A stretch of 64,000 nucleotides of DNA from Octopus sinensis (Eukaryota): NCBI RefSeq assembly GCF_006345805.1, contig NC_042999.1:9362001-9426000 (forward strand), in the 5' to 3' direction. The translations under genes were made by a program, and so were the position numbers. Positions 51,143 through 64,000 of this stretch are shown piece by piece. The notes beneath the pieces are model-generated. The model made no database searches and was not told the DNA's origin. It saw only the letters and a list, made by a program, of their open reading frames with translations. Positions within the stretch are counted from its first letter, which is position 1. Each line of letters starts with the position of its first letter.

Positions 51143-52759
51143 GCTAATTTCTTTACATATGGCCTCGTAATTAACTGTATTTATAGAATCTGTTTACTTT
51201 CCAGGTTTCTATCATGGAAAACTCACAGAATCCTGCTCCACAATCTTCATCATTCTAACTTAAAACAAATTCTCTGATTCTATAAATTTTGGAAACTAAT
51301 ATTCCAAGGAGAATCAATGTTCCTTGCATGTATTTTGCTAAATAATCCTCTGAAATTCATTCCTAAATCCCCATTGGTTGGTTATATGGTAGATTAAAAT
51401 CCTATTGATCAACTGTTTGGTTCTGAAATAATAAAAAAAACTCCAATATAAATAATAATGGTTTTGTTGATATAAAGATCTTTAAAATAAATATCTGTAA
51501 TATTGAGAAACAGCTGGAATTGATAACCTTTTCAGCAGATGTAGGGATGGAATATGGCCAAAATAATGTGTCTACTTTATCGCATGAAAGCTGTTTACAA
51601 CAATGATCTCGCTATCTCACCTGTTCTAAACAATGAAAGCTACATATAACTTGATACATGCAAACAAAGATAAAATGAACGAAGAGATTTTTATAGAATT
51701 TACGAGGTAAGGAAGTCTATATGTAGTCGCATGACCTGATAGAAATAGCAGAAAAATATTCCTCATACCACACTTAATCGTCATAAAAGGTAAATGACAT
51801 ACTGGATAGGGTTCGATGGACTAAGCTTAAAGAAATAATGGATGGTGTTTAGAGCAGGAATGCCTTTAACCATAGGTCAGTTCATCTTTAATCATAGATA
51901 CTCTTTAGAAGATAGCTTTACTCATCTACTCAATCAGACTGAGTGTGAGAATAAATAAAAACAATGTCAGATCTCAAAGTATCTAGTAATAGCTTTATTT
52001 GTACTAACACTGCTCTCGCCCATATTTCACCCACCTGATTATACTCGAAAGGAAGTCGGCCATCTTCGTATTAAAATCCTGATCAACTGGAAACTCAGAT
52101 ATAGTGACGTTAAAGACGCGTTCAGGCTTAGAAAGTAAATATGACGATGAAAAGGGTTTAAGAGCCGTTCTTACATCCTTTAAGTGTTGTACGCTGTCAC
52201 GCAAACACCAGCAGCAAAACCAATTGCAAGATCTGAATGCAAGGAGAGTAGCTTGATACAGTTTGTGTGCGAATTATTAAGCTCTTGAGGGATGTCCCAT
52301 GAGAACCTACAAATACCGGATTAATCTACATCAGATTGGAAATAAACACACTGTTTATCAATAAAAATCCATGTATAGGTGTGTTTCCCAGAACTTGATA
52401 AAGGCGTAAGTATCGAAGAGAGACGGTCGTCCTAGATCACATCACATTTCGAAATTTATGATACTGTACTCCAAGAACAAGATTTAGTTATAGACCAAAG
52501 AAATGAAGCTCTCAGGAGTCCCAAATACGATCGAAATTGCACATTTGACCAACACTTTCCGACCAATATTATAAAAGTACAGCGGTTCTAAACAGCATAA
52601 GGTTCTTGCTAGTACAATATCATTCACGGGAACGAGAGATATAAAACAGCAACACAAGTTAAATGATTAAAGTTTCTCATCAAAACATCTGCCAACAGAC
52701 CCGATAGAGTTGCTCGAGATAAAAAAGTGTTTGGGGCGTCACGTGACCAAGAGATACCT

Positions 52760-52996
52760 CTTACTTGCTTCAGTCACTGGACAACGGCCATGTTGAGGCA
52801 CTGACTTGAAGTGATGATACAAACAGGACCAGCCACAGTGATCATTGTTGTAAAGTTTCGTTTACACAATAATCGTTTCGTTCTTATTCTATCGGTATCT
52901 TTCTCCTATCTGTTAAGTTGGAAGGACGTAAACAAGTCAACACCGGTGGCAAGTGAAGGAGGGGGGGGGGGAAACATTAAAAACACGCATATACAT

Positions 52997-53034
<38 letters not shown>

Positions 53035-53195
53035 GAAAGGCTTCCCCAGTGCCGTCGTCTACCGAATTCACTCACAAAGCACTGATTGGGTCGGGTCTAT
53101 AGAAGACGAAGAAGAAGTCACTTGCCCAATGTGCGAGCAGTGATACGGAATCTGAAAACACGAGGTTGTGAAGCAGGACTTAACCGCAAATCCAT
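52760..53195 (-). mobile_element. degenerate SINE family B
   Basis: Diverged tail, (TG)n and head. Confidence 0.65.
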
Positions 53196-53299
53196 GAGTG
53201 AGGCTGGACAATTTAGTCTAAATTAGAAACTGTATATTTGTTGAGTATTACTCCGATATGCTCAATTTCTCTAATTACAATTAAAATTTACATGTTTCT

Positions 53300-53693
53300 C
53301 TTTTACTCTTTTACTTGTTTCAGTCATTTGACTACGGTCATGCTGGAGCACCGCGTTTAGTCGAGCAAATCGACCCTGGGACTTTGTAAACCTAGAACTT
53401 ATTCTATCGGTCTCTTTTGCCGAACCCCTACGTTACGGGGACATAAACAAACCAGCATCGGTTGTCAAGCGATGCCAGGGTACAAACACACACACACACA
53501 TATATATATACATATATACGACGGGCTTCTTTCAGTTTCCGTCTACCAAATCCACTCACAAGGCTTTGGTCGACCCGAGGCTATAGTAGAAGACACTTGC
53601 CCAAGATGCCACGCAGTGGGACTGAACTCGGAACCATGTGGTTGGTTAGCAAGCTACTTACCACACAGCCACTCCTGCGCCTATTGATACATT
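53300..53693 (-). mobile_element. SINE family B, near-consensus
   Basis: All modules present. Confidence 0.9.
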
Positions 53694-54090
53694 TTCATAT
53701 AATATTAAACGTCTCGAAATTCTGGGCTTTTCAGGCAAATATACAAACCATCTAAATTACACTTATCAATCTATAAGCAATTCAGTGAAAATATATGGAA
53801 CTTTTCAAAGCCGCAAATATTTAACTATTTTCTGTTGTTATATAAAAATCCAATGATGGGACGTTGTTCCTTCTTTTATAGAAATCTCATTATGATTTCC
53901 AAAAAGCAGTGCACCATTCATACGTACACATACGTACGAGCATACATGCATGCATATACACGCACATTTGTTCATATACAGCGGGGTGCAAAAGTGATAC
54001 AGTAAGTATCATATCAATGTTATAACACTTGATTCATTAAAATTATTAACATTAAATTAGTTAAGCTCATCTTTGATATTTTCAGTGTCA

Positions 54091-54483
54091 TCTTTATATA
54101 TAGAAGTGAGGTTGTGTGCTGTCTGTCTCCTACGATTTAGATTCCTAACTACTTCCACATTTTGCGGTGCAGTTTAACCAAAACCGGGTATCTTATAGTC
54201 GTGATTCATATCGAGCCCTTCTGGGTATTAGCGTGCGTCTATGATGAGTCTACGATTTAAAAAAAAATTACCATCATTTTTTCCCATTTGTAATGCATTT
54301 TTTTGCTATTAGGGAAGTAACTCTCCAAAAATGTATTATTAAATCTCAGAACATAAAAAGCTACAGTAACACCCCCCTTTGTGGTTAGCCATATTGAGAT
54401 GGCTATTATACTTTACATCTCTAAAAATGCTTATTTTAGTTATTTCCCTTACAAACCCGAGCAACGCCGGGCGATACTACTAG
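54091..54483 (+). mobile_element. non-autonomous Helitron
   Basis: 5' TC, 3' CTAG, inserted between A54090 and T54484; subterminal hairpin CCCGAGCAACGCCGGG at 54456-54471. Confidence 0.8.
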
Positions 54484-55110
54484 TTAATCATAAGAATACA
54501 TTTGTCATAACTATAATAATACTTTTATTGCAACTTTTAATTTTTTTTATAAAAATAAATTAGTTTTGTACGTTTTTTTTTCATAACTGTATACCTGTAT
54601 AGAGACATGTACGTACATACACACATAGACATATGCATACATATACACACAAGCAGTCGTGTATATTTCCGCAACATATAGCCATGGTTTGCTGTGGAGA
54701 GTAAAAGATAGTTGCCGTCAAAGATTGTAGATAAACAGGCTGTAGACAACATTTCAAGACGGTGTGAAATGAAATGGAGATTTAGCTTCGCAAGTAAAAA
54801 TGAAAAACCCCCAACTTAAGTTTTAATAAAAGTAATATTGAAACTTTCCACGGATCATTTAGCCAGTGACATCAACTCTAAAGCTTCAAACAGGAAGCCT
54901 ATCTAAAAAAATAAAACTATAAAATATAATTAAATATATAAAAAAAAAGTTCACGCTTGCAAGCTGATAAGCAACAGGTATATATATATATCGTTTGATT
55001 GCTACACTACTACACTATCCGAACATGAAACCATGAAACTTAAAGTAGGTCAAGAGTAACGTTTGTAAGCATTGACGTGTCTGTATAGGTGTGTTTGTAT
55101 TTGTGTGTGT

Positions 55111-55230
55111 AGAAGAGCGTAAGCTTGAAATGTAAAAGACATTTTCAATTCTTGAGCATTATACTAATACATCTGTTTGTTTTCTACACCACCTGTCTTC
55201 GTCTTATGTTTTTTTCCTGAATCCCCCCTA
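55111..55230 (+). mobile_element. degenerate copy of the 7553-7712 element
   Basis: agaagagcgtaagcttgaaatgtaaaagac...tactaatacatctg...acaccacctgtcttcgtc. Confidence 0.7.
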
Positions 55231-55586
55231 TATATGTATATATATATATATTTTTTTTTTGAGAGATAGAGGGAGAGTGCTTGCGAGTTAAGAAGACGTA
55301 GACAATGCATTTTTATCATTAACCAAAGCCTTTCATTTCAATATATTGATATTTCTTGCAGATAGCCTTTAATACTGGTTAAAATACGAATAGAAACGAT
55401 GAGGAGTAAATATTGTTCCGAACTCGCGGTGACTAAATCGACGATATGGAGGTGAATCTTCATATTTATCGAGCATCACAAACATATGGGACGAGCCCTG
55501 AAGACTGCGGAATATCAAACAACGACTACGTCTTACTGGACAAATAGACGAATAGCCCTCGAAATTGTGGGACCAGCTGTTTATGT

Positions 55587-55624
<38 letters not shown>

Positions 55625-55695
55625 CATGCATATATATAATTACGGAGATGTACTTGCATAGCAAGTTACCTAATCTGAGATTGTGGAAGGTATTC

Positions 55696-55893
55696 ATAAG
55701 CCACTTAAGAAACACATAAAAGCCGTTAGATTTTTTTCAACATTCAAATTTAATTTGCCAAAATATTTTCGTCGCTTTGAGACCGCGACCTGTTCACTGA
55801 CATTTGTCTCAAAGCGACGAAAATATTTTGGCAAATTAAATTTAAATGTTGAAATGAATCTAACGGCTTTTATGTGTTTCTTAAATGGCTTAT
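55696..55893. repeat. fold-back, 88-bp arms, 22-nt loop
   Basis: Arms 55696-55783 / 55806-55893 with about 4 mismatches. Confidence 0.92.
55757..55801 (-). ncRNA. hammerhead-like motif with G3-C8 swapped core
   Basis: GTCA-GTGAACA-G-GTCGC[GGTCTCAAA]GCGAC-GAA-AATATT-T-TGGC. Confidence 0.6.
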
Positions 55894-58800
55894 AAACACA
55901 TATATAGAATATATAACATATTTATATAGATACGTGTATAAATAAGTAGTATGTGTAGTCTATGCATTTATTTGTTTATTTTTGTATGTGCGTATCTAAG
56001 AGATAAAATTGTTTTCTCAATGAATAGGAATGCTCCTCTGACGTTGCGATTAACTGGTTGAAAAGCAAAAAGGAACAGCCAGATGTTTTGCAGAAAGACA
56101 GATTTATTGCATAAGTTTACTGCATGCGTTCACAGTTGTACACGTTGTGTCTGCTGTAATAAAAATGCATATTCCTTATCTCTACATATGTTATTATGCG
56201 TTGATATTTTACAATATTATCTTTGGTTTATGATTATGTAACATTTACGGAGCTGAAAATAAAGTAAACCTTTGCATTTGTTTGACTTCTTAAGGATGGC
56301 TGGTTGCTATTCTTTATCTCTCTAATTGTACTTGAATTAGTCTGAGACGTTCATCGTCAAATGGGTCAGAGAAAGAGGAAAACAAAACTGATATTGAAAG
56401 CTCATACGACCTTCTAGATTTTATGTGAATGCAATAATTTATTAAGAGAGGATTTCCGTTAAACCTTATCACGTGCGAACAGGAAGAAAAAGAAAATCCC
56501 CACAATAGAAAATGGGAAATTAAGTATCAGAGAATTGGTGGGTAACATACTTTTTCTTTGTGGTAAGAAAGCATGGTGATCTAAACATTTCTCCTTAGAA
56601 AAGACTCTTAGCTTTCTTTATACAATCTCTTATTTGTTCTAGACCTATAAATGCATTGCTTGTCCGCTTGTACAGAAATCTATAGGATGGAGGATAAGAT
56701 CCCTTTTCTGTCCTGGAAACTGATGTTCATCAGCTAAGAAAATAAGTTTATTGATTAAAGGTAATCGTTCGGGGATCAATGATCTAAACACAATGCTTTT
56801 TAATCGACAAAGTTTAATCTTATTCAAATGAGGTCAATATAAATACTAAGGACAAATGTATGCACGTCTTTATAAACACTTTCTAACAGTCTGATTATAA
56901 AACATAGAAGAAAGAAAAATAGGGCATTTAAAATATAAACAATGTTAGTGTCTCCTATCTCCTTATTTCAAATGATAAATAATGGCACAAAGCATTTAGT
57001 TGAAGGGTGGATTCTTCCAACATGGATCAAGTCTAGCTACTCGTAGAATATAATCTACGCACATTTAGTATTTGAAGTGTCCATCTTGATTATATTCCGT
57101 CATATTGTGAAATGACGTTGGGCAATGATTGTATTGAAAAACGAAATATGATGGTGGAATATCACTTCGCTTTCCGCTCTATTTCGTTTAATTACGCAGC
57201 ACAACAAAGTCGCCATGGCTCGCATAAATTCCTTTTATATACAAATTGATATTATGTTCTCTGTATGAAGGTCCTCAGTTGTTATAGTATGCTGAGTAAC
57301 AGTCAGGTATAATTTGCTCAGCTAGAGTAATACAACGTCCAGGGAAATAAGTAACGAAGTAACGAATCCTGATTGATTTAGGCTAGAAGACACCACCCGC
57401 TTATACAGAAGGTAATAGTGCTGTTGATGTTAATTTTGTAGGGAGAAAGAGATTTAGACCGTTTCAGAATAACTAGAGTTTATATTTCATTGTAATTTAC
57501 TCTGACAGTGGTCACGTCAATTTGAAATAAATCATGTGCAAACCATTCTATCTCCATTTCGAAAGTCGATTCAAAGACATTCTGTTTATCAAAGCACCAG
57601 AATATCCATTATCTACCACTGATAAATTGAGTCAGATATTACAATATATGTGCTGCATACCTTATGCATGAATCCTCAAGTAAAGATTGATAAAATTTAT
57701 ACAAAGTGAATTAGATTTATTTAGTTTATATCACTGTCTGCTTATATCTATGATCTAGTTTCATACTTTCCAGCCGAACATTATTCTCCAAATATCTCCT
57801 TCACGATTCTCTTTCATTTTCTATTTGACAACAGTCAATATTTTCTGCTACTTGAACAATAGAGTATAGCTTGGCTTGAAAAACAAAAAGTAGATTTTCC
57901 TTCTACTTTCTACTCTAAGTATTTCTTATATCAAACAAGACATGTCAGCTTTGCTTTACTCGGTCCCACGTAAGGCGTCTCTTAATCCCCCCTTTGTGCC
58001 GTTTTGGTGCATTTTCTTTCACAACAGTGAGTTTTGCTTCCTCCAGTTCTACTTCGAGTTTCCTCTACATTTAACCAACATTTCCTTTTCTTTCTTTTAC
58101 TCATTTAATCTCTCTAAAAGCTTTTCTTTGTTGTTTGTATTATATCTAAAGAATATGGCTTAATCTATCGGCGTTATTTAGAGGAGACAAGAAAAAAAGC
58201 AACTATCTATCCGTCTGGTTTATTACTGAACAAGAAAGTTCCGGTTTTGGTCTGTAGCAAAAACCTATTGAAATCGTGGTCTGCATAGAAACTTCAAACA
58301 GATACCTGACACTCAATGTCTGTCCTTATTTTTATTAACAATAATAATAATAATATCTTTTCATAGCTTATAAATTAGGTAACCTCGCAACGGATAAGTA
58401 AACAAGTAAATAAAGTGTACGAGATTAGCTTTCTTTCATCCTGAGTACACAATGTGGTTTTGATTCAGAAATACGTCAGAACAAATTTCATGAAGACCTC
58501 TATAGCTTCTCTACCACCTTTCGACCTCGCGCTCTTTATCTCTCCGGGTTCCTTTCCTTCTTTCTTTCTCTTTCTTAATCCGGATAATAAGATATATAAT
58601 TAAGGTCTTTTATTCTGTCTTGTTGTACCAGTCGTGTGGAGATTATGTCTTGCAAATCCATTTACTTAATATATTCCTAGGTGGGTTTCGTAACGACATG
58701 AAGTACATTTGATCTGCAGGAGAATTTCAAGAAGCAACTTTAATACCGAGTTGAACCATTAGTTTATTAATTTCTGCAGGTCACAACTTGGTTACATAAT

Positions 58801-59009
58801 TGCGTCGGACGAAATTATAACTGGTGTGTGTGTGTATCGCCTGTACTGAGACCAGATTATTAGATGATGTATAGATCGCTGGTCACGATGGGCTTCCAAT
58901 TCTTTCCTGATAGTGCTACTCTTTTGCTTCCTGCTACAAATTGTTTTACTAAACCGTTTCCCCACTGTTGTGGAGGCCTTCTGAGTCGTCTTTTCCGATC
59001 TCTTGGATA

Positions 59010-59428
59010 CCTATTTCTGTACTACTCACAAGGGGCTAAACACAGAAAGGACAAACAAGGGCATACAAACGGATTTAGTCGATTATATCGACCCCAGTGC
59101 GTAACTGGTACTTATTTAATCGACCCCGAAAGGTTGAAACGCAAAGTCGACCTCGGCGGAATTTGAACTCAGAACGTAGCGGTAGACGAAATACCTATTT
59201 CTTTACTATCCACAAGGGGCTAAACACAGAGAGGACAAACAAGGACAGACAAACGGATTAAGTCGATTACATCGACCCCAGTGCGTAACTGGTACTTATT
59301 TAATCGACCCCGAAAGGATGAAAGGCACAGTCGACCTCGGCGGAATTTGAACTCAGAACGTAGCGGCAGACGAAATACCGCTAAGCATTTCGCCCGGCGT
59401 GCTAACATTTCTGTCAGCTCGCTGCCTT
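59010..59428 (-). mobile_element. SINE family A dimer (A+A)
   Basis: Junction gacgaaatacctatttc at ~59186. Confidence 0.9.
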
Positions 59429-59704
59429 ATCTCTTGGATACCACTCGCCAATCGCACAGGACCACCTCTTGTCTGTAAACCTAACTATATTTCCGACCCA
59501 GCGAAACTTCTGCTTTCGGCATTCTGCGATCACATTGATCCCTCTGCTTCATTTTCAGATATGCTCGAGGTGGAGCATACACACACATATATATATATAT
59601 ATATATCAAAGGTTGTATATTAATATATGCAAGATTAACTGCTCTAAGTACAAGAAAACTGTTATGAAAATAGCTGCATTCTATATATGCTCAGTAAAGA
59701 TTGG

Positions 59705-60215
59705 TTTCTGATTTTGGCACCGGACCAGCCATTTTGAGAGGGAGAATTTAGTCAAAAACATCGACGCAGTATTTAACGGGTGCCTTACTTTGGGAGTCCG
59801 GAAGGTGTAAACCAAGGTTGAGCTGGGCGGTATTTGAACTCAGAATGTAAAGAGCCGGAAGCAATGCCGCAAAGTATTTTGTTCGATGCTCAAACGATTC
59901 TGACAAATCGCCGCTCTTCCTATTCGAGAAAGTATGACAGTGAATCAGTCCAATCCAAGTCCATTTTTAAGGCTTGTTTGTCGATGTTGAGTTGCTACGG
60001 TACAGCTATCGTCACCTGAGATTTAAATAAGAAATGTCGGTATACATGTGACTTATTATAATCGTTTCTACTCTAGGCACAAGGCCTGACATTTTTTTGG
60101 AGGAGGGGCCAGGTGATTAGATCTACTTCAGTACACAACTGGCACTTAATTTATCGACCCTGAAAGCATGAAAGGCAAAGTTGACTTCGGTGGAATTTGA
60201 ACTCAGAACGTAATG
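59705..60215 (-). mobile_element. two degenerate SINE family A tail-B copies
   Basis: ~59705-59915 and ~60065-60215. Confidence 0.65.
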
Positions 60216-60964
60216 GTTAGCTTAAATCCATGCAATTTAAACTGAAGAGAGGCATTTGTTTGTGTCTCTGCAGATCGTGTTGACGACAAACTCCAAATGG
60301 TCCGCTGCACTTTTAAAAGTTAGTTAAATTTCAAAACATGAAATGTGGTGAGAGAAAAACAGACTATAAATTAAATACCATCATTCTAAATATAAACGTC
60401 ATTTGATAATGCCGCCATTTGTAATTGATGAAGGATAACAAACTCACTGAGAAAACTCCAACCGCGATTATATTGTCTGCCAAAGGACCACATTATTGAT
60501 TACAAACAAACTCATTATTGACCTTATTTTGTGATGGGATGTAATCGATAACGTGGTTTTCAGGCGTTTCACAAATTATAGAGTCCGAGGTTCTAAACAA
60601 CAGGTTCCTTGTACTTTTACAGGTCCCAATTACTGGTTACATACTCCGTACTATTTGTGTAATAAAAAGTGGCCATTTCTTTTAACGTCGATCATATTCT
60701 TAGCGTTAATATTCTTCGAAATCATCAAATTAAAGTTTAATGCCTTCATATGTTTCATGTCCGTCTATTGAAAGTCTTACACTCAAAAAGTTAAAAACTG
60801 TCATCATTCCTTGATCAACATCAGACAACTGTACAATCAAAGTTCCATCAAAGTTCATACCTGTCACACCAATCTTCGTTATTTTCCTGTGTGCCATAAG
60901 AACAGTAAGACGTGTGGACAAACAGCAGCAGTACGGAATCGTAAAATACAATTGCCAACTAGAA

Positions 60965-61251
60965 GTGGCGGTCCTGTAGAGAACAATGCTGCTGTTGCTT
61001 TTATCCCCAGCTGCTTAACGACTCACTCTCTGTGTCCGATTAGTATTTGCGTGTGGATGAATTCTCATCCATGGTTATCACACACTGATTGTCACACACT
61101 GAGTCTGTGTGTATCACGTAAGGCTAGATATGAGAACGATGATTTTCCCTCGAAAATGCTAATTGGACACAGACAGTATGTCATTAACCAGCTGGAGATG
61201 TCCTCCGGGGGCTAAAAACAACAGTAGCATCGTCCTCTATAGGACCGCCAC
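60965..61251. repeat. degenerate fold-back, MITE-like
   Basis: gtggcggtcctgtagagaacaatgctgctgttgctttt versus reverse complement gtggcggtcctatagaggacgatgctactgttgttttt; pairing continues inward after an indel. Confidence 0.7.
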
Positions 61252-61347
61252 ATTTATTTGGCAATTATATATTTGTGTTTTCTCCTTGTGTTTTCATGTT
61301 TGGATTAACTATATATATATATATATATAATATATATATATATATTA

Positions 61348-61557
61348 TATAAATTAGAGACAAAACCACTATTATGCAAATCAAACAAAGAAAGACTTAA
61401 TCCAATACATAAAATAATTTATATAATTTAGAAATTTAACAATTATAATTAATTATTAATAATTGTTAAATTTCTAACTTATATAAATTAATTTATGTAT
61501 TGGATTAAGTCTTTCTTTGTTTGATTTGCATAATAGTGGTTTTGTCTCTAATTTATA
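61348..61557. repeat. AT-rich palindrome, ~100-bp arms
   Basis: Two mismatches seen over ~99 bp; almost no spacer. Confidence 0.92.
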
Positions 61558-61640
61558 TATTATAATATTTTACTATAAATTGGATTCAAACCTAAATCTG
61601 ATTTTTCCCTGTAAGTTTGGATTTATTCCCTAATATTTAT

Positions 61641-61687
<47 letters not shown>

Positions 61688-61689
61688 CA

Positions 61690-61860
61690 TATACACGACC
61701 GATTCTTTCAGTTTCCGTCTACCAAATCAATTCACAAAGATTTGGTCGACCCGACGTTATAGTAGAAGACACCTGTCCGAAATGCCACACAGTAGAACTG
61801 AACCTAGAACCACGTGGTTGGGAAGCAAGCTTCTTACGACACACCCACGTCTGCCCCTAC
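61690..61860 (-). mobile_element. SINE family B 5' half
   Basis: Head and CORE-like segment next to (TA)n. Confidence 0.8.
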
Positions 61861-62473
61861 AAGTTGACTTTTGCACAATTCATACTCAAAATATTGGAGG
61901 GGTTTGCTAATTTCCTTTGAAAATGTATTAGTTTCTTAGGGATTCTTTTGAAGGTCCAATGTAACTTTTGCTAGGTAACTGGACCACTAAATCGATGTCT
62001 GTATGTTATCGGTATTTTATGTTATCGATGATGTTAGGATTAAACAAAGTAGATCACGTCAGATCTTCAGACAAGATTGGACATGAATAAAAAATATCTT
62101 TCATGAATTTTATTGTTAAATTAGCAGCCTTGATGAAACAATGATACCAACTTCTTTGTGACGAGATATAAACACCCAAGGTTTAAAAATGAAGGAGAAA
62201 ACAATTTTAGGAAAAAACAATGAAGATGAAAACAACTTTGTCAGCTGTTAGCCACGTTAACCTCTATTATAGAGCATCAGCAAAAGAAAGGAAAATTAAA
62301 TTATGCGAAGAGGGATTTAAATCACATTCGTCAATTCTGAATCTCTAAAATACTTTATTTTTGCGATATTCAGGGTGTTGATGGAGAATCAAATAATGTT
62401 AAATAATTTTCCAAGATGACCGTTTTTGTGATGGAAAGATGGAATCGATTGGAATGAGGACCAAATATTATCT

Positions 62474-63682
62474 TTTTCTTTACTACCCACAAGGGGCTAA
62501 ACACAGAGGGGACAAACAAGGACAGACAAACGGATTAAGTCGATTAAATCGACCCCAATGCGTAACTGGTACTTATTTAGTTGACCCCGAAAGGATGAAA
62601 GGCAAAGTCGACCTCGGCGGAATTTGAACTCAGAACGTAATGACAGACAAAATACCTATTTCTTTACTACCCACAAGGGGCTAAACACAGAGGGGACAAA
62701 CAAGGACAGAAAAACGAATTAAGTCGATTAAATCGACCCCAATGCGTAACTGGTACTTATTTAGTTGACCCCGAAAGGATGAAAGGCAAAGTCGACCATG
62801 GCGGAATTTGAACTCAGAACGTAATGACAGACAAATTACCTATTTCTTTACAAACCACAAGGGGCTAAACATAGAGAGGACAAACAAGGACAGACAAACG
62901 AATTAAGTCGATTAAATCGACCCCAATGCGTAACTGGTACTTATTTATTTGAACCCGAAAGGATGAAAGGCAAAGTCGACCTCGGCGGAATTTGAACTCA
63001 GAACGTAATGACAAACAAAATACCTATTTCTTTACAACCCACGAGGGGCTAAACACAGAGAGGACAAACAAGGACAGACAAACGAATTAAGTCGATTAAA
63101 TCGACCCCAATGCGTAACTGGTACTTATTTAGTTGACCCCGAAAGGATGAAAGTCAAAGTCGACCTCGGCGGAATTTGAACTCAGAACGTAATGACAGAC
63201 AAAATACCTATTTCTTTACAACCCACAAGGGGCTAAACATAGAGAGGACAAACAAGGACAGACAAACGAATTAAGTCGATTAAATCGACCCCAATGCGTA
63301 ACTGGTACTTATTTAGTTGACCCCGAAAGGATGAAAGGCAAAGTCGACCTCGGCGGAATTTGAACTCAGAACGTAATGACAAACAAAATACCTATTTCTT
63401 TACAACCCACAAGGGGCTAAACATAGAGAGGACAAACAAGGACAGACAAACGAATTAAGTCGATTAAATCGACCCCAATGCGTAACTGGTACTTATTTAG
63501 TTGACCCCGAAAGGATGAAAGGCAAAGTCGACCTCGGCGGAATTTGAACTCAGAACGTAATGACAAACAAAATACCTATTTTTTTACAACCCACAAGGGG
63601 CTAAACATAGAGAGGACAAACAAGGACAGACAAACGAATTAAGTCGATTAAATCGACCCCAATGCGTAACTGGTACTTATTT
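62474..63682 (-). repeat. SINE-derived tandem array, period 184 bp, ~6.6 units
   Basis: Anchor aagggg at 62491, 62675, 62859, 63043, 63227, 63411, 63595. Confidence 0.95.
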
Positions 63683-63683
63683 A

Positions 63684-63915
63684 AGGCGGCGAGCTGGCAG
63701 AAACATTAGCACACCGGGCGAAATGCGTAGCTGTATTTTGTCTGCCGTTACGTTCTCAGTTCAAATTCCGCCGAGATCGACTTTGCCTTTCATCCTTTCG
63801 GGGTCGATAAGTTAAGTACCAGTTACGCACTGGGGTCGATATAATCGACTTAATCCGTTTGTTTGTCCTTGTTTGTCTTCTCTGTGTTTAGCCCCTTGTG
63901 GGTAGTAAAGAAATA
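63684..63915 (+). mobile_element. full SINE family A copy inserted antisense into the array end
   Basis: GGTACTTATTTA duplicated at 63672-63683 and 63916-63927. Confidence 0.85.
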
Positions 63916-64000
63916 GGTACTTATTTAATTGATCCCGAAAGGATGAAAGGCAAAGTCGACCTCGGCGGCATTTGAATTCAGAACGTAACTGCAGACGAAA

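Noticed and set aside
53976-54600. Tc1-like MITE enclosing the Helitron
   Set aside because: Left end is TIR-like but the right end matches only ~6 bp
62474-63682. CRISPR-like array
   Set aside because: Continuous 184-bp tandem units with no unique spacers; SINE-derived, no cas genes

Overview
AT-rich, repeat-saturated eukaryotic intronic or intergenic DNA. The tRNA-derived SINE families and very long (TA)n tracts point to a cephalopod, probably Octopus; this is inference. No host protein-coding gene could be supported, and most ORF-track entries are microsatellite or SINE artefacts. Recognisable content: decayed autonomous elements (a full-length D,D37D maT Tc1/mariner, a Penelope-like RT plus GIY-YIG element, CR1 and RTE LINE fragments, a probable LTR with primer-binding site, a possible piggyBac relic); MITEs (hAT with a perfect 8-bp TSD, pogo/Tigger, Tc1-like); one non-autonomous Helitron; dozens of SINEs from at least three modular families; and a SINE-derived 184-bp tandem array. 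The most notable signal is about ten type-I hammerhead-ribozyme-like motifs with palindromic stem III, mostly inside short fold-back or (TA)n-flanked inserts. They include one fully canonical ribozyme (44792-44853) and copies whose cores carry the compensatory G3-C8 and U3-A8 swaps of the C3-G8 tertiary pair. All folds were read by eye and none was computed; SINE boundaries are approximate.
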